Source of the DNA: Myxococcales bacterium
GTDB taxonomy: Bacteria > Myxococcota_A > Polyangia > Polyangiales > Polyangiaceae
DNA length: 64,000 nt
Reading direction: 5' to 3'
Assembly: GCA_043747615.1 (NCBI GenBank)
Contig: JAYTOU010000017.1
Coordinates: 96,001-160,000, forward strand
Shown here piece by piece: positions 18,773 through 28,108 of the stretch. The translations under genes were made by a program, and so were the position numbers. The notes under the pieces were generated by a model, which was not told the origin of the DNA, made no database searches, and saw only the letters and a list, made by a program, of their open reading frames with translations. Each line of letters begins with the position of its first letter. Position 1 is the first letter of the stretch.

Positions 18773-19828
18773 TCAGTGAACGACTGCGAGCTCACCTTCG
18801 TAGAGCTCGACGCGATCCGAAGAGGGCATGCGCCGCAACGCGAGGACCTCGGAGGCCTCACACCCCTGGGCGATCTCCGCCGACGACGTAGTCACGATCC
18901 ACTGTACGCGGGGCAGAGCGCACCGGAGCGCAGGGAGTAACGCGCGCTGCACGGAGACGTCTTGATGCGTTTCCACGTCGTCGATCAGCACCACCCCTTC
19001 GGACGCGCGCAGCTCTCTAGCCCGTGCGGGATACGCGGCGAAGAGCGCCCGCAGAGGGAGCGCGACGAAGGAGACGAGGTGACGGACGCTCGTCGGAAGA
19101 TCGTCGAAAGAAAGTGAACGCTCATCCGGGCCGACAAAACTGGGCTCTAGGGTGAAGGGGTCAGCGCCAATATACGTGTATCCTGCAAGCTCCACCAGGG
19201 GCGACACCGCCTCCCGCAAAGCGCGGTCGAATGCGTCGACACGCTCAGCGGTGCCCGGCTTCACCACACATCGCGCGGAGAGAGCCGCGCCGATCGAAGC
19301 GTACGAAAGGATTTGCTTCGTCTCCCGCGCGAGGTCAGCGCGCGTCGCGTCGTCGAAATGGGCAGGCGAGCGGACGTCGTAACGACCAAGCGAGCGATCC
19401 GGCGCCGAGAGGAGCACCGACGATTTCGAAAACCAACGAGCCCCCGAGAGCGCCACGAGAACGAAGCCCCCTTCGGCGGCGCGGCGATCGTAGGCGGACT
19501 GTTCGCGTCTGCGTTGAGCGGCGTCGCTGTCGTCGTCCACGACCGGCGCATTGGGAGTGATGACCGACAGCGCGTGCGGGCGGGCTGCATCGTCGTCTCC
19601 GGTGAGCCACTCCGCCGTGACGTACGAAATCCGATCGGCGGAGCGGTGCTGAAGGACGGCGAGCCCGGGTCGCGTGGATGCGATCGACGACAGGAGCGAC
19701 GTCTTTCCCACCCCGGCGCCGCCAACGATGACGGTGGTCGCCCGCGATCGCCCGCCTTCATCGGCGAATCGAAACGCCAGGTCTTCGATCGGCCCCACGC
19801 CAACCACGCGCACCCGCGAAATCTGCAT
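18773..19828 (-). CDS. ABC-type (AAA_21/SMC-like) ATPase with degenerate catalytic motifs
   Basis: N-terminal MQISRVRVVGVGPIEDL, Walker A GGAGVGKTS, Walker B VVLIDDVETH, PRVQWIVTTSS. Confidence 0.78.
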   Translation of the reverse strand: MQISRVRVVGVGPIEDLAFRFADEGGRSRATTVIVGGAGVGKTSLLSSIASTRPGLAVLQHRSADRISYVTAEWLTGDDDAARPHALSVITPNAPVVDDDSDAAQRRREQSAYDRRAAEGGFVLVALSGARWFSKSSVLLSAPDRSLGRYDVRSPAHFDDATRADLARETKQILSYASIGAALSARCVVKPGTAERVDAFDRALREAVSPLVELAGYTYIGADPFTLEPSFVGPDERSLSFDDLPTSVRHLVSFVALPLRALFAAYPARARELRASEGVVLIDDVETHQDVSVQRALLPALRCALPRVQWIVTTSSAEIAQGCEASEVLALRRMPSSDRVELYEGELAVVH

Positions 19829-19858
19829 GACATTCTCAGCGTAGTACACTCCCCACCC

Positions 19859-21520
19859 ATGGCGCTGCGTTTTCCCGGCCGAACTGCGAGCCGACTGGCG
19901 ATCGCAATCCTCACGGTCGCGATCGTTCCACTAGGCGTGGCCATCCTGCTCGCGGACTCGCTGTTCAATCAGGCCTCCGCGATCTGGTTCAAGCCCGAGG
20001 TCGGCCAGCAGCTCGATCGCGGTGTCGGCGTGTACAAGGACTACGTCAAGGCCATCAAAGACGACATGCGTCACCAAACGGACGCCATCGCCGCCGATGA
20101 GATCCTTCGCGAGGCGGCGAAAAGAAAGAACACCGAAGTCATCGAGGCCCAGCTCGACGCGGTCTTCACGCATTTTCCGCAGCTGGTGACGCTGCGCATC
20201 GAAGACGCCGACGGCAATCCTCTCGCGCGTCGCGATCGCGGACGGCCGGTCAATGAAAACACGGAGCGCAGTCTCGAAGTGCGTCGTGGTCTCACCGATG
20301 GGGCAGACGCGCCGGTGGTCATCGCCACGTTCGCGATCGACCGCAAGCGCCTCGACGAGCTCGAATCCACGGGCGCGGTCGTCACCACCTACCACCAGCT
20401 CGAGGCGTCGCGCGGCGCGCTCTACCAAGGGTTTCTCTACGAGTTCGCGGCTCTCCTCGGCATCACCATGTTCGTCACCGTGATCCTCGGAACGTTCCTC
20501 GCGCGAGGCGTGACCCGCCGCATCAACCGCCTGGCCGCTGCCATCAACCTCGTCGCGGTGGGCGATCTCTCCGCCCGCGTGCCCGTCACCGGCTCGGACG
20601 AGCTCACCGATCTTGCCCGCACTTTCAACCGCATGCTCGGAGAGATGGCGCAGTCCCGCGCGCGGATCGAATTTTTGCAGCGGATCGGAGCGTGGCAAGA
20701 AATGGCGCAGCGTCTCGCGCACGAGATCAAGAATCCCCTCACGCCAATCCAGCTCGCGGTCCAGGAGTGTCATCGAAAATATCCGGGGCAGGACGTGCGC
20801 TTTCGAGCCCTCCTCGATACGACGCTCGAGATCGTGGAAGAAGAAGTGGGGACGCTGCGCCGCCTGGTCGGTGACTTCTCCAATTTTGCGCGACTGCCGC
20901 ACGCCGAGCTGAAGGAGCAGAGCCTTCGCGAGTTTTTGCGTGAGTGCTCCGAGCAGCTTACCCATCTCGAAGATCCCGGTCTCGACGGCACCCCGGGGGA
21001 GTACGACATAGGATCGACGAACGTCGATATCACCTGGAAAATTCCGAAGGATCCGCTGCCCGCTGCGATCGATCGTCAGATGCTGCGACGGGTGGTGGTG
21101 AACCTGGTGCGGAACGCAGTGCAGGCCATCCGCGATGATCGCGAGACCGCTCTCGCGCCACTCACGGACGAACCGATCGGGCACGTGATTGTCGGTGCCG
21201 AAGCCGACGGTGCGGGGGCCGCGATCACGGTGGAGGACGACGGCGCCGGAATCGCAGAGGACCACATTGCGCGTGTGTTCGATCCATATTTTACGACCAA
21301 GCACGACGGCACTGGCCTCGGTCTGGCCATCGTCAAAAAAATCGTGGTCGAGCATGGCGGATCGATCGACGCGGGAAAAAGCAGTGTCCTCGGCGGTGCG
21401 CGCTTCGTCGTGCATCTCCCGGCACCGAACGATCTCGGCCTGGCCGCCACGGCGCGCGCGCATGCCGCTCGTGTGGGCGTATCGACGGAGAGCAACCGCT
21501 TGGTCATCCAAGACGACTAG
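19859..21520 (+). CDS. HAMP-domain sensor histidine kinase (NtrY-like)
   Basis: Two TM helices, HAMP, AHEIKNPLTPIQ, NLVRNAVQA, DDGAG, GTGLGLAIV. Confidence 0.93.
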   Translation: MALRFPGRTASRLAIAILTVAIVPLGVAILLADSLFNQASAIWFKPEVGQQLDRGVGVYKDYVKAIKDDMRHQTDAIAADEILREAAKRKNTEVIEAQLDAVFTHFPQLVTLRIEDADGNPLARRDRGRPVNENTERSLEVRRGLTDGADAPVVIATFAIDRKRLDELESTGAVVTTYHQLEASRGALYQGFLYEFAALLGITMFVTVILGTFLARGVTRRINRLAAAINLVAVGDLSARVPVTGSDELTDLARTFNRMLGEMAQSRARIEFLQRIGAWQEMAQRLAHEIKNPLTPIQLAVQECHRKYPGQDVRFRALLDTTLEIVEEEVGTLRRLVGDFSNFARLPHAELKEQSLREFLRECSEQLTHLEDPGLDGTPGEYDIGSTNVDITWKIPKDPLPAAIDRQMLRRVVVNLVRNAVQAIRDDRETALAPLTDEPIGHVIVGAEADGAGAAITVEDDGAGIAEDHIARVFDPYFTTKHDGTGLGLAIVKKIVVEHGGSIDAGKSSVLGGARFVVHLPAPNDLGLAATARAHAARVGVSTESNRLVIQDD

Positions 21521-21596
21521 GGCTGTCCCTCGTTCGATGTCTTGGGACGGCCCACATCCTCCCGATGGTCGGACCAGTCCGTGCTATGCGGAGAGC

Positions 21597-22163
21597 ATGT
21601 CCACGAGCAGACCGGCGCAAGGAAGCGGCACCGACGAAGCGTCGGGGATTCTCCAGCCGCTCGGAACGGCGCTCCTCGTCTTGGCTCTGCTCTTCGGTTT
21701 CGCGTTCCTCCCGAAGCTCTTCGGCGAACGCGCAGACGTCGCCGGAAAACCCGCCCCTGAGTTTTCGGTCGAGGCGATCGCCAACGTGCCGGGCAAACCG
21801 CGCCTCTCGCTGAGCGAGCTGCACGGGAAGGTCGTCATCTTAGATTTCTGGGCCACGTGGTGCGGCCCGTGCCGGGCGCAGTCACCCGTGCTCGACAGCC
21901 TGCAGCGCAAATTCCAGGACCGCGGGTTGATGGTGGTGGGGATGAACACGAACGACGGCGAGGGGAACGCGAAGGAGTGGGCGGCAAGCCACGGCGTGGT
22001 CTATCCCATCGTCTACGACCAGAACGACGCTGTCGCGCATGGTTACAACGTGAACAGCTTTCCCACGCTCTTCGTCATCGATCGCGAGGGGAAGATCGTA
22101 GCGAAGCGGGAGGGGTTCACCTCCGCGAACGAGCTCGAAGGCCTCGTAAGAAAACTGCTCTAA
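21597..22163 (+). CDS. TlpA/ResA-family thiol-disulfide oxidoreductase
   Basis: N-terminal TM; GKVVILDFWATWCGPC; FPTLFVIDREGKI. Confidence 0.92.
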   Translation: MSTSRPAQGSGTDEASGILQPLGTALLVLALLFGFAFLPKLFGERADVAGKPAPEFSVEAIANVPGKPRLSLSELHGKVVILDFWATWCGPCRAQSPVLDSLQRKFQDRGLMVVGMNTNDGEGNAKEWAASHGVVYPIVYDQNDAVAHGYNVNSFPTLFVIDREGKIVAKREGFTSANELEGLVRKLL

Positions 22164-22173
22164 GACCACCGAC

Positions 22174-23046
22174 CTAAGAATCCTTCCGGGGCGTCCGCAT
22201 GGGCAAAAAGAAGAGCGTGTTCGTGAGCTCATTCTTTCCCGCGTAGAGATCAGTGTCGAACGTTTCGCGTAGACGAGCGTAGGTCATCACCTCGTCGACG
22301 CCGCCGATCGCAACGAATTTTCCCTCCTTGGCGAGCACCACGCGCGAGGCATACTGGGCGGCGATGTTGAGGTCATGCATCACCACCACGCACGCGAGGC
22401 GATCGCGGCTTACCTCCTCGGCGAGCAAATCGTAGAGCGCGATCTGGTGACGCACGTCGAGGAACGCGGCGGGCTCGTCGAGGAGAAGTACGCGCGGACG
22501 CTGGGCGAGGGCACGCGCAATCATTACCCGCTTTTGCTCGCCACCACTGAGCTCGCGCACCGAGCGCTTCGCGTGATCGACGAGATCGCAGCGCTCGAGC
22601 ACGGTCGCGACGATTGCGTCGTCCTCCGGTGACGCCCGCATCCATGCCCCTTGGTGCGGCGCGCGCCCCATCATGACCACGTCGTGAACGCTGAAGCCGA
22701 AGGTCACCTCCTCGGTCTGCGCAACGACCGCGAGCTTCTGGGCAACGAGGCGGCGATCCATTCCGAGGAGCGGCTCGCCGAAGAGACGGACGTCCCCCGC
22801 GGATGGCAGAAGCGTGCCGGCAAGCACGCGCAGCAGCGTCGTCTTGCCCGCGCCATTGGGACCCAAGATGGCGATGAGCTCTCCTGCGCGCACCTCGAGG
22901 TCCACGCCGGCGAGCGGGAGACGCGTCGAGCCGACAGGGCGCGCATCCTCGGTGGATTCAGCGTAACGAGCGGAGATGGCTCTCGCCTGGAGGGGGACGT
23001 GAAGAGAGGCTTCGTGACGGGCCTCGATGAGCGTCGCCTCAGCCAT
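22174..23046 (-). CDS. ABC transporter ATP-binding protein (FepC/HmuV/BtuD-like)
   Basis: GPNGAGKTT, LSGGEQKRV, LLLDEP, VMHDLN. Confidence 0.9.
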   Translation of the reverse strand: MAEATLIEARHEASLHVPLQARAISARYAESTEDARPVGSTRLPLAGVDLEVRAGELIAILGPNGAGKTTLLRVLAGTLLPSAGDVRLFGEPLLGMDRRLVAQKLAVVAQTEEVTFGFSVHDVVMMGRAPHQGAWMRASPEDDAIVATVLERCDLVDHAKRSVRELSGGEQKRVMIARALAQRPRVLLLDEPAAFLDVRHQIALYDLLAEEVSRDRLACVVVMHDLNIAAQYASRVVLAKEGKFVAIGGVDEVMTYARLRETFDTDLYAGKNELTNTLFFLPMRTPRKDS

Positions 23047-23121
23047 GATTCTTTTCCTGGCGCTTGACTTGTCGCATCAATGTACCCTTGTTGTTCCAGG
23101 TTTTACGAGTAAGGAGCATGC

Positions 23122-23730
23122 GTGGAAACGAAGCCTCATGCAGCGTCGGCGTCCTCGCCGCAAGGCAGCGACGCAGCGTCCGATGGGACGGGAGAGCGCC
23201 CGCGGCGGGTGATCAAGCGGTACTCGAATCGCAAGCTATACGACACGAAAGACAGTCGCTACGTCACGCTCCTTCAGATCGCGGAGATGGTCCGCCTCAG
23301 CGACGACGTGCAGATCATCGACAACAATTCGAAGGAAGATCTCACCGAGGTCACCCTCGCGCAGATCATCTACGAAGAGCAGAAGGCGCGCAGCCGTAAC
23401 GTTCCGCTGCAGACGCTGAAGGAGCTGATTCACTCGCGCACAGAGAAGGTCCTGTCCGACTTGCGTGAAGGCCCGATCGGTCGCTTGATTCCAGGTCGCG
23501 CGGCCGGTGACGCCCCTCCAGCGGCAAAGAGCGATGCGCCGGTGAAGACGGACGGCAAGACCGGAATCGTCGGTCAAGCCAAGGAAACACTCGAGGACTG
23601 GCAGCAGAAAATCGATGAGCGCATCAAGGCGATTCTGCCAAGCTTCAGCCCATGGCAGCAGCTTCAAAGCGAGGTCAGGCGCCTGACGGCCCGCATCGAG
23701 GAGCTTGAGCGAAAGTTGAAAGACAAATAG
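23122..23730 (+). CDS. PhaR-like (PHA regulator N-terminal DNA-binding domain) protein
   Basis: [21 protein letters not shown]...EDLT..TL.QII.E motif; C-terminal coiled coil. Confidence 0.85.
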   Translation: METKPHAASASSPQGSDAASDGTGERPRRVIKRYSNRKLYDTKDSRYVTLLQIAEMVRLSDDVQIIDNNSKEDLTEVTLAQIIYEEQKARSRNVPLQTLKELIHSRTEKVLSDLREGPIGRLIPGRAAGDAPPAAKSDAPVKTDGKTGIVGQAKETLEDWQQKIDERIKAILPSFSPWQQLQSEVRRLTARIEELERKLKDK

Positions 23731-23756
23731 GCACGCTACGCCGTGAGTATTCCTTG

Positions 23757-23782
23757 GGAATACGAGGCCGCAGCGCTGTGTT
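23757..23782 (+). promoter_or_regulatory. Putative SigR/SigH-type ECF promoter (GGAAT-N18-GTT), probably autoregulatory
   Basis: GGAAT at 23757-61, exactly 18 nt, then GTT at 23780-82, 27 nt before the sigma factor ATG. Confidence 0.65.
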
Positions 23783-23808
23783 GACCCCACTGAAAAGGGG
23801 AGCTCGAA

Positions 23809-24480
23809 ATGTCTATTTTCCGCGCCGCCGTCAAAAAGACCAAGGAAGTCGACACCTTCGCTGAGGAGACGCTCTCCCACTTAGACGGGATGTACGCCGT
23901 GGCATGCCGACTGACGCGCAATCCGACGGAAGCAGAGGACCTCGTCCAGGACTCCTTGGTGAAGGCCATGCGCGCGCGGGAGCAGTACGCGGCAGGGACG
24001 AACCTCAAGGCCTGGCTCTACCGGATCCTCACCAACACGTTCATCAACAAGTACCGTCGCGGCGGGCTCGAACGCGCTCTCTTCGACGGGCCAGACGCCG
24101 ATCCCCTCGCCGACGGTTGGGTGAGCGCGTCCACGATGCGTCAGCTTCGCGATCCGGAACAGATCGCACTGATGCCCATCGTTGAGTCGGAGGTTCGCGC
24201 GGCGCTCGACGCCCTCCCCGCTGAGTTCAAGCTCGCCGTCGTGCTCTGCGATGTCGAAGAATTCTCGTACGAAGAGATCGCCGAGATCATGGGCTGCCCC
24301 ATCGGCACGGTGATGAGCCGGTTACATCGAGGGCGAAAGCTCCTCCAGCGCTCGCTCTACAGCCATGCGCTTGCGATGGGGATCGTTAAAGGTGAAGATA
24401 GCGTTGGGTCTAATCCTTCCGCGCCGGCAGACATCGCGGCGTATCGCGCGAAGAAACGTACTGTAAATGGGGCTGGATGA
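23809..24480 (+). CDS. ECF RNA polymerase sigma factor (SigR/SigH-like)
   Basis: [48 protein letters not shown]. Confidence 0.93.
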   Translation: MSIFRAAVKKTKEVDTFAEETLSHLDGMYAVACRLTRNPTEAEDLVQDSLVKAMRAREQYAAGTNLKAWLYRILTNTFINKYRRGGLERALFDGPDADPLADGWVSASTMRQLRDPEQIALMPIVESEVRAALDALPAEFKLAVVLCDVEEFSYEEIAEIMGCPIGTVMSRLHRGRKLLQRSLYSHALAMGIVKGEDSVGSNPSAPADIAAYRAKKRTVNGAG

Positions 24481-25328
24481 TGTTCTCGCTCGAACGAACC
24501 TGTAAGAATTTTTGCCACCTCTTGGGTGCGTACGCGGATGGAGAGCTCGAGCCCTCCGCCGTCTGCGCCATCGAAGAGCACGTGACGTCCTGCGAGGGGT
24601 GTCGCGAGCGCGTGGAGCTGGATCGGGCTATTCGCGGCTCGCTCAAGCGAACGGTACGCTCCAGCGCGCCGGAAGGTCTGCGCGCGCGTGCAGAAGCGGC
24701 AATGATGGCGGCGAAGGCCGCGGAGGTTTCGAAGAAGGATGCGCGGGCCAGGGAGCTCGCGCTGAATACGAGCGCGGGCGCTTCGTGGCGAACGATCGTC
24801 CCGCTGGCGAGCGCCGCCGCTCTGGCGATGGTGTGGGGTGCCGCAACGCGCGGCCCTCTCAACCAAGGAAAGCAACTCGCCTCGCGCGGCACGCCGGACT
24901 CGATGCGAGCCGGCTTCGGAGACGAGCTCCTCGAAGAATTCGTAGCCGAGCATGCGCGAACGGTGCCCGTCACGCGTCCGGATCTCGGGGACGTGCGGGG
25001 CTTCGAGCAGTACGTGGGTGTTCCCATCCGTCCTCGAGGCTTCGAACGAGCGGGGGCGCGCCTCGTCGGTGGGCGGCTGGTGCCCGTGCATCAGGAGCGC
25101 GCGGCGATGCTCCAGTATGAACTTGGAACTGGTCCAGAGCTTCGGCGGGTGAGCGTTCTCATCTACGATCCCAGGCGCATTCAGGTCAACGACGACAGGA
25201 TCTCCCCGCGCGATGGATACGTCGCCGTCACCCAGCGAGGCGGCGTTGGCTACGCATGCGCGAGCGCGAGCAACAAAGACTGCGCAGAGTTCGCCGCGAA
25301 CGTCGGCGACGAAGCAACCGATCCGTAA
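24477..25328 (+). CDS. Zinc-finger (HxxxCxxC) membrane anti-sigma factor
   Basis: ATGA overlap with the sigma gene; YADGEL...[10 protein letters not shown]; central hydrophobic helix. Confidence 0.85.
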   Translation: MMFSLERTCKNFCHLLGAYADGELEPSAVCAIEEHVTSCEGCRERVELDRAIRGSLKRTVRSSAPEGLRARAEAAMMAAKAAEVSKKDARARELALNTSAGASWRTIVPLASAAALAMVWGAATRGPLNQGKQLASRGTPDSMRAGFGDELLEEFVAEHARTVPVTRPDLGDVRGFEQYVGVPIRPRGFERAGARLVGGRLVPVHQERAAMLQYELGTGPELRRVSVLIYDPRRIQVNDDRISPRDGYVAVTQRGGVGYACASASNKDCAEFAANVGDEATDP

Positions 25329-25331
25329 CAA

Positions 25332-27089
25332 CTATTGCGCAGCGGCGAGGCCGAGCTTCCGCGGATCGCTAGCGCTGAAGACGCGGACCGCCGGCCCTTT
25401 GCGATCCCACACCACCATCTGCACGGCGCTGAACGGCATGAGCTCGTCCTTCACTTTTTCGCCGCGTGCGCGAAGACCGGCACGCACGTCCTCCGCGACC
25501 TCCGACTCGACGAGAATCTCCGGAGTCGCGCCCGACACGAAAATGCGCGGCGCGCTCACGCAAGCAGCCGCGTCCATTCCGAAGATCAGACGCGAGAGCG
25601 TCGCTTGGGTAACGCCGGTGGCAATGCGTTGCCCGCCGGATCCGCCGGCAGCAAGAATGGGGACGCCCCCCTCGAGCACGATGGTGGGAGTCATGCTGGA
25701 CACGGGGCGAGCACCTGGGCGTGGTCTGTTCGGCCCAAGACCGATTACTCCGAAGCCACTGATGTCCTGAGCAGACGAGAAATCGGTGAGCTCGTCGTTG
25801 AGGACGATCCCAGTGTCTCCGGCCAACACCCGCGCGCCGAATGGGCCGTTTACGGTGGTGGTGAGGGTGACGACGTTGCCCTCGGCGTCGGCGACGATGA
25901 GGTGGCTCGTCCCGCTCTCTTGCGTCCTGAACTCCGGAGCGAGCAGCACCTTGTTGGGCTCGATTCTCGCGCGACGCGCCGCGAGCTGCTGCGCATCGAG
26001 GGCCTGCTCGTAGGCCGCGACCACTCCAGGGCTCACCTCGGGATCCGAGGCCAACCGCACGCGATCAGAGATGGCACCGCGCATCACTTCGGCGATCGTG
26101 TGGAGGTAGGCGCTCGATCCGAACCCCATCGACGCGAGCGGCGAGCTCGAATTCGCGCCGAACATGGTGAGAGTCTCGAGGAGCATCAGACCGCCTGCCG
26201 ACGGAGCGGGCATCGTCGCGATCGTCCGGCCATCGATGGTCTTGGTGAGCGGCGCGCGCTCGTGAACGCGGTAGCCGGCGAGGTCCGACGCTGACAGCGT
26301 TCCCCCAGCGCCCCGTGCGCTCTCGACGATCTTCGAGGCGACGTCGCCGGTATAAAACGGCTTCGCGCCTTCCGCGCCAAATCGGGAAATCGTTCGCGCC
26401 AGATCAGGTCGTCGAAGCGTGGTCCGGTATTCGATGGGCCGGCCTCCCGGGAGGAAGACCTGCGCAATCTCGGGCGACAAGCCGATGTATTCGTGAAAGC
26501 GAGACACACCCTCTGCGAGGTGATGACCGACGAAGAAACCCGTGTTCGCGAGCTGTGCCGCGGGGAGCGCATCTGCGGCGAGAGACTTTTTTCCGTAGTG
26601 CACGCTCAGCCATTCGAGGCCCGCGGGCTCACCGGGCACACCGATGGCGAGGCCTCGTGCCGGCTGGTTTTTGGTGAGCATTCTCTCGACGTCGAGCTGC
26701 GCGGGGGCGGTCTCCCGAAAATCGAGAGCAACGATCTTTCGCTCCTTGGCGACGTACACGAGCGCAAAGCCGCCTCCGCCGAGACCGCTCGCCGTCGGGT
26801 TGACGACGCCGAGAGTGAGGGCCGCGGCGATCGCTCCGTCGAACGCGTTTCCTCCGCTGTGGAGCAGCTCGAGCGCGGCCTGTGTGGCGTACGCGTGATC
26901 GGTCGCAACGGCGATGGTCGACCCTTCGGCGCTCGGCGCAAATGCCGCCTGTGCCGGGAAGGGCACGGTCGCCGAAATCACCGCGCCGAAGAATGCGGCG
27001 ACAACGCTCGATGGCCAGCGGGATGGCCAACTCGATGACCAGAGAGGTGTTAGGCTGCGTTTTTCCAAGCGAATAGGGAGCTCGTTCAT
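25332..27089 (-). CDS. ggt: Gamma-glutamyltransferase
   Basis: GGNAFDGA, SGLGGGGF, DFRETAP, catalytic Thr in GTSHL..D..GN..T.T.T.N, SSMTP, GGSGG; signal peptide. Start codon uncertain. Confidence 0.93.
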   Translation of the reverse strand: MNELPIRLEKRSLTPLWSSSWPSRWPSSVVAAFFGAVISATVPFPAQAAFAPSAEGSTIAVATDHAYATQAALELLHSGGNAFDGAIAAALTLGVVNPTASGLGGGGFALVYVAKERKIVALDFRETAPAQLDVERMLTKNQPARGLAIGVPGEPAGLEWLSVHYGKKSLAADALPAAQLANTGFFVGHHLAEGVSRFHEYIGLSPEIAQVFLPGGRPIEYRTTLRRPDLARTISRFGAEGAKPFYTGDVASKIVESARGAGGTLSASDLAGYRVHERAPLTKTIDGRTIATMPAPSAGGLMLLETLTMFGANSSSPLASMGFGSSAYLHTIAEVMRGAISDRVRLASDPEVSPGVVAAYEQALDAQQLAARRARIEPNKVLLAPEFRTQESGTSHLIVADAEGNVVTLTTTVNGPFGARVLAGDTGIVLNDELTDFSSAQDISGFGVIGLGPNRPRPGARPVSSMTPTIVLEGGVPILAAGGSGGQRIATGVTQATLSRLIFGMDAAACVSAPRIFVSGATPEILVESEVAEDVRAGLRARGEKVKDELMPFSAVQMVVWDRKGPAVRVFSASDPRKLGLAAAQ

Positions 27090-28059
27090 GCGGTTCGTGT
27101 ACCTGATGGACTCTGTCGATCGCGTGTTGCCCGACAAGGATACGACGTTCGCGTTCCTTCGCGCTTCACACAAACGCGGGCACAGCTCGTTTCATTGCGA
27201 GGTGCGGGATCTCTATATCAACGAGGGCGACGTTTTCGCTCGCGTGCGCGCGCTCAAGGTGAGCGACGCCGCCCCTCACTTCACGTTCGATGAGCCCGTC
27301 GATCTGCGCTTGGCAGATGTAGAAGCCGTTTTCATCCGCAAGGATCCGCCCTTCGATTCCCAGTACCTGTACGCAACGCTGATGCTCGAGCGGCTTCGCG
27401 GGCGCACCACGGTGATCAACGACCCGCGCGGGCTTCGGGACGCGAACGAAAAACTCTACGCGTTACACTTCGCGCATCACATGCCGCGCACCCTCGTCTC
27501 TTGCGAGCGCGAGCAGATCCTCGCCTTCGTCGACGAGGTCGGCGGAACGGGCGTGATCAAGCCTCTCGACGGTGCGGGGGGCTCGGGGGTGCTCGCGCTT
27601 GCGAGGAACGACCGCAACGCCCGCGCCATCATCGAGATGATCACGCGCGATGGGAAGATTCACGCGATGGTGCAGGAGTACCTTCCCGCCGTGCGGCAGG
27701 GCGACAAGCGCGTTCTTCTCCTCGACGGAGACGTCCTCGGCGGCATCAACCGCGTGCCGCGGGCTGACGATCTGCGCTCGAACATCCACGTGGGCGGTCG
27801 GGTCGAGCCCTGCGACGTCACGGCAAAGGAGCGAGCCATCGTCACCGACATCGCACCGCGTCTGCGCGCAGACGGTCTCATCTTCGTGGGCCTCGACTTC
27901 ATCGGCGAGCGCTTGACCGAGGTGAACGTGACCTCGCCCACCGGAATTCAAGAGCTCAGTCGTCACCTCGGACGCGACGTCGCCGAAGACGTGATTGGCT
28001 GGGTAGAGAAACGCACCGCGGATTTCAGGCCAAATTTGCGGAGTATCCCGGCCGTCTAG
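27088..28059 (+). CDS. gshB: Glutathione synthetase
   Basis: MD......KDTT, RKDPPFD..Y, ANEKL, KPLDGAGG, GDKR, RSN.H.GG, EVNVTSPTG; AGGGAG RBS. Confidence 0.95.
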   Translation: MRFVYLMDSVDRVLPDKDTTFAFLRASHKRGHSSFHCEVRDLYINEGDVFARVRALKVSDAAPHFTFDEPVDLRLADVEAVFIRKDPPFDSQYLYATLMLERLRGRTTVINDPRGLRDANEKLYALHFAHHMPRTLVSCEREQILAFVDEVGGTGVIKPLDGAGGSGVLALARNDRNARAIIEMITRDGKIHAMVQEYLPAVRQGDKRVLLLDGDVLGGINRVPRADDLRSNIHVGGRVEPCDVTAKERAIVTDIAPRLRADGLIFVGLDFIGERLTEVNVTSPTGIQELSRHLGRDVAEDVIGWVEKRTADFRPNLRSIPAV

Positions 28060-28108
28060 TCCGCATGATGCGTATCACGCGGCACAGTCTCACGAAGGTC
28101 GTCTAGGC

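Noticed and set aside
21520..21553. Hairpin GGGCTGTCCC...GGGACGGCCC after the HAMP kinase
   Set aside because: It has a long loop and no U-tract, so it cannot be called a terminator or ncRNA with confidence.
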